DNA of 64,000 nucleotides from an uncultured bacterium (GTDB lineage Bacteria > Vulcanimicrobiota > Xenobia > Xenobiales > Xenobiaceae). Each line of letters begins with the position of its first letter. Position 1 is the stretch's first letter. Of this stretch, positions 47,311-56,048 are shown piece by piece. Below the pieces are notes generated by a model. It was not told the DNA's origin, made no database searches, and saw only the letters and a list, made by a program, of their open reading frames with translations. The stretch spans positions 6,313-70,312 of the forward strand of contig CAKUBG010000011.1 in NCBI GenBank assembly GCA_934636825.1, written 5' to 3'. Made by a program: the position numbers and the translations under genes.

Positions 47311-47598
47311 TTAACTCCAACTTATATGAAGCCAAGTTCTGCCTATAATAAACTCCTGACCGTTTTTTAAAGCGACGCTGCCATAGAGCCGCTCTCCATC
47401 AACAAAAGTTCCATTAGTAGAGCCCTTGTCTTCTAGAATAACTCCTCCGGCAGTAGGTTCCAAGACAGCGTGGTGGCGACTAACAAAGCGATCCACACTC
47501 AAAGCGACATCACCTTCGCGGCCAATTTGCACTCGCTTGTTAAATTGGAAGACGTATCCATCTAACGGTCCGCCCAACACTTCAAGCATTATTCTCAT
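47311..47598 (-). CDS. Stand-alone FHA-domain protein
   Basis: Canonical pThr-binding residues: GREGD, SRHHAVL, GSTNGTFVDG. ATG at 47598 lies 2 nt after the clp stop. The ORF-track TTG at 47610 would overlap that stop by 10 nt. Confidence 0.8.
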   Translation of the reverse strand: MRIMLEVLGGPLDGYVFQFNKRVQIGREGDVALSVDRFVSRHHAVLEPTAGGVILEDKGSTNGTFVDGERLYGSVALKNGQEFIIGRTWLHISWS

Positions 47599-47600
47599 AC

Positions 47601-50600
47601 TTATTGCCAATTGCCCCTTTCATTATTGTCAACGTTCGGCTCTAATCTACGGCTAAAAGGGCCAGGAGAACCGGGCTGGGGCGGACGCGGTACCACTCCC
47701 TGAGGCGCTGTCGGAGTGCCATTGTAGCTTCCCTGCGACCAATTGCCCATAGAATCTGGAGCAGCAGGAGGAGCCTGGGGGCGAGGCGGCCTAGGCGCAG
47801 GACGGACTCCGGCAGGAGGCGTTTGCGGACGAGGAGCTCCTACACCTGGCCTCTGGCCAGCCACCGCAGGGCGAGCTCCAGTAGGTGCAGGCTGAGCATT
47901 GCCAGGAGCTACAGGGCGCCTACCTACGCTAGAACTGTATCCTGAAGGCATACCTTCAGGGATTTCACCACGAGCAGGTTGTTCCTGACGCGCTTCAGCA
48001 TAATCGTTCCGTCCCTGCTGCTGAGGATAGCCGCCTTGCTGCTGAGAGTGGCCACCTTGCTGTTGAGGGTAGCCACCCTGTTGTTGAGGATAGCCGCCTT
48101 GCTGCTGAGGGTAGCCACCCTGTTGTTGAGGATAGCCGCCCTGCTGTTGAGAGTAGCCACCTTGTTGTTGAGGATAGCCACCTTGCTGTTGGGGGTAACC
48201 ACCTTGCTGTTGGGGGTAACCACCCTGTTGCTGAGGATAGCCACCTTGCTGTTGGGGATAACCACCCTGTTGTTGAGGATAGCCACCTTGCTGTTGGGGG
48301 TAACCACCCTGTTGTTGAGGATAGCCGCCCTGCTGTTGAGGATAGCCACCTTGCTGTTGAGGATAGCCACCTTGCTGCTGAGAGTAGCCACCCTGTTGCT
48401 GAGGATAGCCGCCTTGCTGTTGAGGATAGCCACCTTGCTGTTGGGGATAACCGCTTGGCTGCTGAGAATAACCGCTCTGCTGCTGAGAGTAACCTCCTGG
48501 CGCACCAGAATAAGCAGAAGATCCGGATTCAATTTCTTGACGACGAGGCGACTCAGTTGTGGAAGGCGAATTATCGCCCCCAAAAGTATCACCCAAAGCG
48601 CGGTTGTCCAAAGAGAAATTTACCTTTTCCTCGTTTTCATCCATATCGGCCCAAATAACAGTATTTGGCGGCACTTTATGGCGCAAAACGTATTCGGCAA
48701 ACGGTCTGGTAAGCCAAGTGTCGATAGCTCTATTTAAAGGACGGGCACCATATTCCGGATGATAGCCTTTATCGAGTAAGAAGTTGATAACAGCTTTAGT
48801 AACATGAAGATCTACTTGGCGGCTCTCACGAATGCGCTTTATACATTTGGATAAGTTTATATCAACGATACCTTGCAAATCTTCGCGCTTGAGAGTTTTG
48901 AAAACGATAATTTCATCGATACGGTTTAAAAACTCCAGACGGAAATGACCGCGCAATGCTGCTTGGTAAACTTCAGGCATGTCGTCTAATTGGCCGACGT
49001 ATCCTCTGTCAGTAGGCAAAATATTAGCCAAAGGATTTTCCATCTTGGCTAAAGCGCCCATTTCCTCGTCTCCGGTAGCCTTTTCCAAAGCGGCACCGGC
49101 TGCCGCCACTTGAGCTGAAGCCATATCCAAAGCTTTACGTGAGCCCAAGTTGGAAGTCATGATAATAATGGAATTGGTAAAGTTGACGGTACGACCTCTG
49201 GCGTCAGTTAAGCGTCCATCATCGAAAACTTGCAAAAATAAGTCAAAAACGTCGGGGTGTGCCTTTTCGACTTCATCGAGCAAAATAACGCAGAATGGCT
49301 TAGTGCGCACAGCTTTAGTCAGCTGGCCCTCACCTTCGTAACCGACGTATCCTGGAGGAGCACCTATTAAGCGAGCGATAGAATGCTTGTCGTGAAATTC
49401 TGACATGTCCAAACGGATCATATCGCGCTCTGAACCGAAAAGAAATTCAGCCAAAGTTTTGGCCAACTCGGTTTTACCGACACCGCTGGGCCCTAAGAAA
49501 AGGAAAACGCCACTGGGTCTAGTAGGCGAAGAAAAACCTACACGTACTACACGTATAGTGCTGGCCACCGCAGCAACAGCATGATCTTGACCAACTACAC
49601 GCCCACGCAATAGGTTTTCCATATCCAATAAACGAGCTTCTTCTTCGTTGGCTATGCGGGAAATAGGCACGCCCGTCCAATCAGCAACAACCTCGGCGAT
49701 AACCTCTTCGGTAACTTCTTGCATTCCTTGTTGTTGACAATTACCGCGAGTTTTGATGCGAGCCGCCGCTTCGTCTATTAAGTCTATGGCTTTATCTGGC
49801 AAATTTCGATCAGGCAAAAATCTTACGGACAACTTGACAGCCGCCAACAAAGCTTCGTCTGTAAATTGCACATGGTGATGTTGCTCGTATCTTCCCCGCA
49901 AGCCTTTCAAAATTTCCAGAGCATCTTCTTCAGAAGGCTCACTGACGAATACTTGTTGGAAGCGACGCTCCAAAGCAGGATCGGCCTCAATATGACGGCG
50001 ATATTCGTCAATAGTGGTAGCGCCCATAACAGCCAAATCTCCACGAGCTAAAGCCGGCTTGAGGATATTGCCAGCATCCATGCCTCCACTACCACCAGCG
50101 CCGACAATTTGATGTATTTCATCAATAAACAGAATAATAGATCTGTCTTTGCTAACTTCTTCGATAACTTGCTGTAAGCGCTTTTCAAATTCGCCACGAT
50201 GGCCAGTGCCAGCAACAAGCGCACTCAGGCTCAATTCGATTAAATGGTGGTCTTTTAAAACGTCCGGCACGGTACCATCGGCCAGACGCTGAGCCAAGCC
50301 GTAAGCTACCGAAGTTTTACCAACACCTGCCTCACCGACCAATACCGGATTAGACTTGGTTTTGCGCGTTAAAATTTCCAAAACGCGACGAACTTCATCG
50401 TTGCGACCAATAACTGGATCCATCTTCTTTTGACGAGCCAATTCAGTTAAATCGCGTCCGTATTCTAAAAGCTGCTTATGTTCACGAGCGAATTTCCGCC
50501 CATCGGCAGTCATATTCTTATCACCGCCACGACTGAAAAAGCCACCGCCCCCACCCGAAGACTTAGGAGCCTCAGGACGACGCACACCACGTATAGAATC

Positions 50601-51017
50601 GCGCAAAGCTAAAAGATCTACATCACGCGAAATTAAAAAGCGGCAAGGTACGCTGCGCCCTTCGCGCAAAATTGCGGTAATAACGTGCTTAGGCTCAACT
50701 CTGAGAGCTTGCTCCGATTCTGCTTCTTCCGGAACCATCGTTTTCATGAGACGAGAATAACGCGGAGTTTCGGGCAATTTTTCCGAAATATCCCACATAG
50801 GTTCGTCGTCAGAAGAAGGCACAAATTCCAAAATGCCCTCTTCGAGCTCAGAAAGAGGCACGCCGACATCTTCTAAAGCTTCTGCCAAGGAACGATCCAA
50901 CTGGCAAGCAGCAGCAAAGAAGTGCTCAATACCGAGGTAGTAGTGTTTCCAAGAACGAGAGAGCTGATTGGCTCTGGCAATAACTCGTTCGGTAGCTTCG
51001 CTGTTATTTATGGCCAT
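47601..51017 (-). CDS. ClpB-like two-ring AAA+ ATPase lacking the M-domain, with a Q/G/Y heptad-repeat and Pro-rich C-terminal extension
   Basis: Clp_N repeats. D1 has GEAGVGKT and ILFIDEIH; D2 has GPSGVGKT and [10 protein letters not shown], plus MTSNLGS and [11 protein letters not shown]. The D1-D2 linker is only about 20 aa ([39 protein letters not shown]). The last roughly 330 aa are low complexity. Confidence 0.88.
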   Translation of the reverse strand: MAINNSEATERVIARANQLSRSWKHYYLGIEHFFAAACQLDRSLAEALEDVGVPLSELEEGILEFVPSSDDEPMWDISEKLPETPRYSRLMKTMVPEEAESEQALRVEPKHVITAILREGRSVPCRFLISRDVDLLALRDSIRGVRRPEAPKSSGGGGGFFSRGGDKNMTADGRKFAREHKQLLEYGRDLTELARQKKMDPVIGRNDEVRRVLEILTRKTKSNPVLVGEAGVGKTSVAYGLAQRLADGTVPDVLKDHHLIELSLSALVAGTGHRGEFEKRLQQVIEEVSKDRSIILFIDEIHQIVGAGGSGGMDAGNILKPALARGDLAVMGATTIDEYRRHIEADPALERRFQQVFVSEPSEEDALEILKGLRGRYEQHHHVQFTDEALLAAVKLSVRFLPDRNLPDKAIDLIDEAAARIKTRGNCQQQGMQEVTEEVIAEVVADWTGVPISRIANEEEARLLDMENLLRGRVVGQDHAVAAVASTIRVVRVGFSSPTRPSGVFLFLGPSGVGKTELAKTLAEFLFGSERDMIRLDMSEFHDKHSIARLIGAPPGYVGYEGEGQLTKAVRTKPFCVILLDEVEKAHPDVFDLFLQVFDDGRLTDARGRTVNFTNSIIIMTSNLGSRKALDMASAQVAAAGAALEKATGDEEMGALAKMENPLANILPTDRGYVGQLDDMPEVYQAALRGHFRLEFLNRIDEIIVFKTLKREDLQGIVDINLSKCIKRIRESRQVDLHVTKAVINFLLDKGYHPEYGARPLNRAIDTWLTRPFAEYVLRHKVPPNTVIWADMDENEEKVNFSLDNRALGDTFGGDNSPSTTESPRRQEIESGSSAYSGAPGGYSQQQSGYSQQPSGYPQQQGGYPQQQGGYPQQQGGYSQQQGGYPQQQGGYPQQQGGYPQQQGGYPQQQGGYPQQQGGYPQQQGGYPQQQGGYPQQQGGYPQQQGGYPQQQGGYSQQQGGYPQQQGGYPQQQGGYPQQQGGYPQQQGGHSQQQGGYPQQQGRNDYAEARQEQPARGEIPEGMPSGYSSSVGRRPVAPGNAQPAPTGARPAVAGQRPGVGAPRPQTPPAGVRPAPRPPRPQAPPAAPDSMGNWSQGSYNGTPTAPQGVVPRPPQPGSPGPFSRRLEPNVDNNERGNWQ
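48015..48497 (-). repeat. 23 in-frame tandem copies of a 21-nt unit encoding GGYPQQQ
   Basis: On the plus strand the unit reads ctgttgttgaggatagccacc and variants. 483 nt equals 23 x 21. Units differ mainly at synonymous positions. Protein variants are [21 protein letters not shown] and GGHSQQQ. Confidence 0.95.
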
Positions 51018-51018
51018 A

Positions 51019-52446
51019 CTATTTCCGAATAATGTGAGCTACACACTCAACGTGGTAAGTTTGAGGGAACATATCGATAGGCTGCACTTCTAAAACTGTG
51101 TAGCCTTTTTCAGTAAGAATCCCCAAATCGCGAGCTAAGGTAGAGGGATTGCAAGACACATAAGCTATACGCGGAATGCGCATTTTGGCGATAGTCTCCA
51201 AGACTACAGGATCGCATCCTTTGCGAGGAGGATCCAATACAGCGGCACTAAAACTGGTGCGACGCTGCAACAGAGAGCCTTTACTACACAATCCCGGCAA
51301 AACTTTTTCTACAGTACCATCCATAAAAGTCGTATTTGTCAAACCGTTAAGATCGGAATTGACTACGGCGTCTTCAATGGCTTCTTGACATTCATCAATA
51401 CCAAACACGCGTTTAGCCTGACGAGCCATATATAAGGCCAGAGAGCCTACACCACAATAGGCGTCTAAAATTGTATCTCGAGGCTGAATTTGTAAGAACT
51501 GATCTAATTGAGAGTAGATCGTCTCCAAACCTTCTATATTAACTTGGAAGAAAGAATTAGCGGAAATATTAAACTTTAAGCCTGCTACTTCCTCGACAAT
51601 ATGGTCGCTGCCCCACAAAACAGAATTGCGAGTACCTAAAATAACGTTGGTACGATGCGGATTCAAATTTAAGACCACACCACAGAGAGAACGTACACGC
51701 TTGCGTACAATATCCACAAATTCTCTCACTTTGGGCAAACGAGGCTGACTGGAGACAATAACCAGAAGAGTTTGGTTAGAATAGTAACCATGACGAGCTA
51801 CCAAATAACGAATGGCACCGCTACCGTCTTCGCTATTATAAACTGGCCATTGTAAGCGTTCTATGGCCTCGCGGCAAGCATTCATCAACTCATTGTTTAC
51901 TTCATGTTGAATGGCACAATTTTCTACTCTGACAATTGAGTGAGTGCCTTTAGCATAGTAGCCTACATAAGGGTGGAAACGCGGCACATCGTTTTCTTCT
52001 TTTTGATCGACGCGCAAAAGATAAGGCTTAGCTCCCACAACCATTTGCGTCTTAGAGCGATAGTTCCAAGGACGAGTCATTCGCTTGCAAGGACGCACCT
52101 TTACACCGTCAAGGCCGGCTATGTGACGCAGAGCATCTTGCACCATCTTCGTTTTAAACTCGAGCTGAGAATCATAATTTACATGTTGCAAATGGCAACC
52201 ACCACACTCGCTATAAACGGGACAACGAGGCTGAATACGACGCATAGAAGGAACAATAATCCTGTGAATGCGGGCTCGGCCATAGTTTTTCTTTAACTCG
52301 GTAATTTGGGCTTCCACCTTATCCCCGGGGGATGCACCGGGAATAAAAAGTACGAAGTTACCTACTCTTCCCACGGCTTCTCCGCCTACTGCAAAATCAT
52401 TGATAGTCAGCTCTACTCGCTGACCGACAGATAAAGAATCGGCCAT
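51019..52446 (-). CDS. 23S rRNA (uracil-C5)-methyltransferase, RlmD/RumA family
   Basis: N-terminal TRAM domain, Fe-S cysteines [17 protein letters not shown] motif [15 protein letters not shown], and catalytic Cys context YVSCNP. Confidence 0.8.
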   Translation of the reverse strand: MADSLSVGQRVELTINDFAVGGEAVGRVGNFVLFIPGASPGDKVEAQITELKKNYGRARIHRIIVPSMRRIQPRCPVYSECGGCHLQHVNYDSQLEFKTKMVQDALRHIAGLDGVKVRPCKRMTRPWNYRSKTQMVVGAKPYLLRVDQKEENDVPRFHPYVGYYAKGTHSIVRVENCAIQHEVNNELMNACREAIERLQWPVYNSEDGSGAIRYLVARHGYYSNQTLLVIVSSQPRLPKVREFVDIVRKRVRSLCGVVLNLNPHRTNVILGTRNSVLWGSDHIVEEVAGLKFNISANSFFQVNIEGLETIYSQLDQFLQIQPRDTILDAYCGVGSLALYMARQAKRVFGIDECQEAIEDAVVNSDLNGLTNTTFMDGTVEKVLPGLCSKGSLLQRRTSFSAAVLDPPRKGCDPVVLETIAKMRIPRIAYVSCNPSTLARDLGILTEKGYTVLEVQPIDMFPQTYHVECVAHIIRK

Positions 52447-52601
52447 AAAAAAACTCCTTGAAGTATTCCCCCAACCGCCGTCAAGAAAAACGCCCCCACT
52501 TTTTCTCGGCAGGAAGTCAAAATCTAAAGAGAAACACCCCTAAAACGTTCAATTAGAGAGCGCTTTTTTCCTACTCAACCACAATAACCAAGGAGAAGAG
52601 C

Positions 52602-52817
52602 TTGAACAAAAAGCATTTATCGGTAAATCTGCAATCTGCCCAGTCATACCTGGAAGAAGCCTTGGAAAAATTTGACGAAATGATCGATTTTTTACAAAAT
52701 TTAAGCGAAGAAGAACTGGAGATGTCTGCTCCTAGTGGCACGCTATCGCAAATAGAGCGAGCTCAAGCTCTGACTTCTCAAGCCATCTCCGCTTTAGATA
52801 AAATAAAATTGCACTGA
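52602..52817 (+). CDS. Small hypothetical protein (71 aa)
   Basis: TTG start with aaggagaag RBS upstream. Helical acidic sequence with no motif. Confidence 0.3.
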   Translation: MNKKHLSVNLQSAQSYLEEALEKFDEMIDFLQNLSEEELEMSAPSGTLSQIERAQALTSQAISALDKIKLH

Positions 52818-52900
52818 AAACGCATGCAAACAGTTGCAAAGCTGGCCGAGTTTGCGGCCCTGTCTTTGCTAATAAGCGTAAGCGAGGTGTACAAAAAATT

Positions 52901-53200
52901 ATGCCTTTTAATTTAGGCCCGGGGGAACTTATATTTTTGGCGGCAGCAGCCTTATTGCTTTTCGGTCCGCAAAAACTCCCGGAAATAGGACGCGCTTTGG
53001 GGGAAGCCTTAGGATCTTTAAAAAAAGCCTACAACAGTGCGGCTAGTTTGGAAGATATTCCCTCACGTTCTCCTCAGTCCGGCAAGCAGACTCACTGTGC
53101 AAATCCGCATATAAATCAAGATCAGCTTCAGCCCAATTTGGAAGTAGTCACTTTTTCTGAAGCAGCCGACTTGAGTCCAAAGTCTGATATAAAACCTTAG
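52901..53200 (+). CDS. tatA: Twin-arginine translocase subunit TatA/TatE
   Basis: LGPGELIFLAAAALLLFGPQKLPEIGRALGEALGSLKKA is the TatA TM plus amphipathic-helix signature. Confidence 0.8.
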   Translation: MPFNLGPGELIFLAAAALLLFGPQKLPEIGRALGEALGSLKKAYNSAASLEDIPSRSPQSGKQTHCANPHINQDQLQPNLEVVTFSEAADLSPKSDIKP

Positions 53201-53319
53201 CCTGATACAAAAAACTTGCAACTGGCTATACAACATTAGAAATATAAAGAGCTTGTTTCCCAATCGCTCAAAGTCGATAAAAGAAGCAAGCTCTTTTTTT
53301 TAGCGGTAAATATGGTCGT

Positions 53320-53850
53320 CTAATTTAATTGAGGCGACTTTTTAGCCTTATAGATAAACAGCGGAGGCAAATCTAAAGAGCGAATCTTCCAGCCCGCTCT
53401 GGTCTTTTCAAATTCCCATATCCAAGGCGGAGCATCGGGATATTTAGAATCGGAGACCTTAATAATCGCCGAATCACCGGAAACACGCTCGTCAACAACT
53501 ACTCTGGTTACATAGACGCTCTTGGTGGAAGCCATAGAATAATATCGTTCCATGCCTTCCTCGAAACCTTTGAGATTTACTCTCATTTTGGCATCTACCC
53601 CCAAAGCGGCATAGGCTTCCTTATATTTCCTAGCTTTGACATTGTCGAGAAATTCGCTAGCTATCACAAAAGGACGACGACTTATATCCGGAGGTGGAAC
53701 GAACTTTTCATCAGTTTTTTGGTTGATGGGAACTTCCGGCGCCGAACAAGCCTCAGCCAAGCACAGAACAGGAATCAGCAGTATCAGTAGGACAAACTTT
53801 TTGCAAGCTGACCAATTTTTCAATTTTCGCAATTTAAGTCCAAACACCAA
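53320..53850 (-). CDS. Exported hypothetical protein
   Basis: N-terminal hydrophobic signal ending LCLAEACSAPE (possible lipobox). No known domain. Confidence 0.4.
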   Translation of the reverse strand: MVFGLKLRKLKNWSACKKFVLLILLIPVLCLAEACSAPEVPINQKTDEKFVPPPDISRRPFVIASEFLDNVKARKYKEAYAALGVDAKMRVNLKGFEEGMERYYSMASTKSVYVTRVVVDERVSGDSAIIKVSDSKYPDAPPWIWEFEKTRAGWKIRSLDLPPLFIYKAKKSPQLN

Positions 53851-53897
53851 TATAGCTTTCCTCGCTTCCTGTCTGTACCTATAATTGATAAAAATAT

Positions 53898-55574
53898 CTA
53901 CAAATGGACAATCTCGGCATAGCTGATATAAAGTCCGGCTTTAACTATGCGCACAACAACTTCTTTGCCTACGCGATCGGAGGCATTGGCTACTTCAATC
54001 AAACAACCATCAATTATAGCTAAAGCAGAATTGCTATTGTCTGAGATATGACCGTCCAAAAGCAAAACTCTGGCTTGTTGACCGCAAGCAAGAGGCGTAA
54101 AGTCCAGAGAAGAGGCTTTTTCTGCACAAGTCACATTAAAATGCTCCGGATGAATACTGTCTGAAGCTTGCACGACAATTGTAGAATCGGTTTCTTGTGC
54201 TATTTGCTCAACCTCAACACCGTTGGGGCCAACAAATTGATAGGCAGCCGCCGGAGACAAAGTAACGACAGCGGCTTCAGGCTTAATAACTCCACTCATT
54301 TCCCTGAGCAAATTGCGACGGGCCCGTAAAGCTACTGACTTGGGAGAGAGCACCTTACCGCGACCGTGGCAAATAGGACAAACATCACGCATAATGCCAT
54401 CCAAATCTTTGCCCTCTCGCTTACGGGTGATTTGCACTAAGCCCAACTCAGTCATACTGACCAAGTGAGTGCGAGTGCGATCCTTCTTGAGCTCATCACC
54501 TAAAGTTTCCAAAATTTTGCGCTGATCTTCGGAGCTGTCCATGTCAATAAAGTCGACGATAATGATGCCGGCCATATCGCGCAAACGCAACTGACGACAA
54601 ATTTCCTTACAAGCTTCCAAATTGGTGCGCAGAATAGTTTCGGCTAAATTGTTTTTACCGATAAACTTGCCGGTATTAACATCGATAACCCACAGAGCTT
54701 CAGTGCGATCGACTATCAAATAACCGCCGGAAGAAAGCCAAACACGCCTTGACAAAGCATTGTCAATTTCTTGCTCAATTTTGTACATATCGAATAAAGG
54801 ATAAGTATCGGTGTACAAATGGACTTTATCCAAGAGCTCAGGAGCGGTATGTTCCAAACGCTCACGCATATTTAGATATTCTTGGCGGTTGTCGATAACC
54901 AAACGATCGACTTCTTCAGTAAAGAGATCGCGTAAGATCTTATCTACCAAATCCAGTTCTTGATGAACTAAAGCTGGAGCATGACAAGTTTTGGCTTTAT
55001 TTTGAACTTTGTTCCATACTTTAACCAAATAGTCTAAGTCCATCTTGAGTTCGTCACGGTCGTGACCTTCGGCAGCCGTGCGCACTACAACTCCCATGCC
55101 TTCGGGGCGAAGTTCATCGGCAATGTGACGCAAACGATTGCGCTCTTCTTCGGTAGAAATACGACGGGAAACGCCTACATATTGAGCCGAAGGGAACAAA
55201 ACCAAGTAGCGACCGGGCAAAGTTATATAGGAAGTAATACGAGCACCTTTAGTGCCAATAGCTTCTTTGACTACTTGCACCAAAGTTTCCTGATTGGGAC
55301 GTACAATTTCAGCGATAGTAGGTTTGGTAAAACCGTTTTCACCTTCGCTCAAACCGGCCACAGCATCGTTAGCACATAAGAAAGCGTTGCGTTCCAAACC
55401 TATGTCAACAAAAGCAGCATTCATGCCTGGCAAAACGTCGGAGACTCTACCCTTAAAGATGCTGCCAACCTGGCGCTCTTCACGGGCTATAAGGATCTCC
55501 ATGGGGCGTCCATCTTCAAGTACGACAGCTCTCCCCTCGCGGTCGTCGATTGATATTAAAATTTCTTTATACAT
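53898..55574 (-). CDS. Ribonuclease G/E family endoribonuclease
   Basis: ATG at 55574 (MYKEILISID...). S1 domain GSIFKGRVSDVLPGMNAAFVDIG, then catalytic-core blocks VIDVNTGKF, AGIIIVDFIDM, and Zn-link CPICHGRG. Confidence 0.85.
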   Translation of the reverse strand: MYKEILISIDDREGRAVVLEDGRPMEILIAREERQVGSIFKGRVSDVLPGMNAAFVDIGLERNAFLCANDAVAGLSEGENGFTKPTIAEIVRPNQETLVQVVKEAIGTKGARITSYITLPGRYLVLFPSAQYVGVSRRISTEEERNRLRHIADELRPEGMGVVVRTAAEGHDRDELKMDLDYLVKVWNKVQNKAKTCHAPALVHQELDLVDKILRDLFTEEVDRLVIDNRQEYLNMRERLEHTAPELLDKVHLYTDTYPLFDMYKIEQEIDNALSRRVWLSSGGYLIVDRTEALWVIDVNTGKFIGKNNLAETILRTNLEACKEICRQLRLRDMAGIIIVDFIDMDSSEDQRKILETLGDELKKDRTRTHLVSMTELGLVQITRKREGKDLDGIMRDVCPICHGRGKVLSPKSVALRARRNLLREMSGVIKPEAAVVTLSPAAAYQFVGPNGVEVEQIAQETDSTIVVQASDSIHPEHFNVTCAEKASSLDFTPLACGQQARVLLLDGHISDNSNSALAIIDGCLIEVANASDRVGKEVVVRIVKAGLYISYAEIVHL

Positions 55575-55882
55575 AAAATAAATAAACCTTACTGTAGTGG
55601 GGCCACGCTGCCCCCAGACCGCCGGAAAAGCCATACTCAAGCGCCTTCAAGACAACCGAAGCAAGAGGCTAGAAATCCGTACACGGCAAAACTTAGAGAT
55701 ACGAAAAACTGGGATTTTTACTTTTCACGTTAAGCAAGTTACTTCCTGCCTAACGACTATTGGCAGCGAATTTGTGAACCTACCAAAAAAGCATAGACGG
55801 TTTTTAAGTTCGTATCGGTAATAACCACAATGGAAGCTCATGAAAAACGCACGGGAAAGTATAGTGAAAAATTGCTTAGTTA

Positions 55883-55911
55883 TTGACGAAGAATTGCATA
55901 AAGTATATAAT
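55883..55911 (+). promoter_or_regulatory. Sigma-70-type promoter for ffh
   Basis: TTGACG (55883-55888), a 17-nt spacer, then TATAAT (55906-55911). About 135 nt upstream of the ffh ATG. Confidence 0.55.
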
Positions 55912-56048
55912 ATGTCACATTGTTCAGAAGCTTGCATTTTTCGTATCGATATAGTGCGGGATGTAAGTCAAACTGAACGAACAATAAGCGAGACAGTCCA
56001 AGCAATCGCAAAACACCGGAAAAAAAAGTGAGGCAGGCTCATTAGGTT

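Noticed and set aside
48015-48497. Possible CRISPR array or non-coding satellite, given the regular 21-nt periodicity.
   Set aside because: There are no unique spacers between the units. The period is a multiple of 3, the repeat is in frame with the upstream AAA+ gene, and variation is mostly synonymous. It is a coding repeat.
47924-48737. Two long ORFs in the track (222 aa on the minus strand, 252 aa on the plus strand) covering the 21-nt repeat.
   Set aside because: They are alternative-frame or antisense readings of the same tandem repeat (monotonous LLLRIATLL... and AILNSKV... strings). They have no independent start context. The Clp-like frame continues seamlessly from conserved AAA+ sequence into the repeat.
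42699-51017. Calling the locus a type VI secretion system because of ClpV-like, Fha-like and PpkA-like genes.
   Set aside because: No TssB/TssC sheath, Hcp, VgrG, TssK/F/G baseplate or TssM/L genes are present anywhere in the 64-kb window. Only the regulatory-type components are here, so the resemblance is reported as an analogy only.
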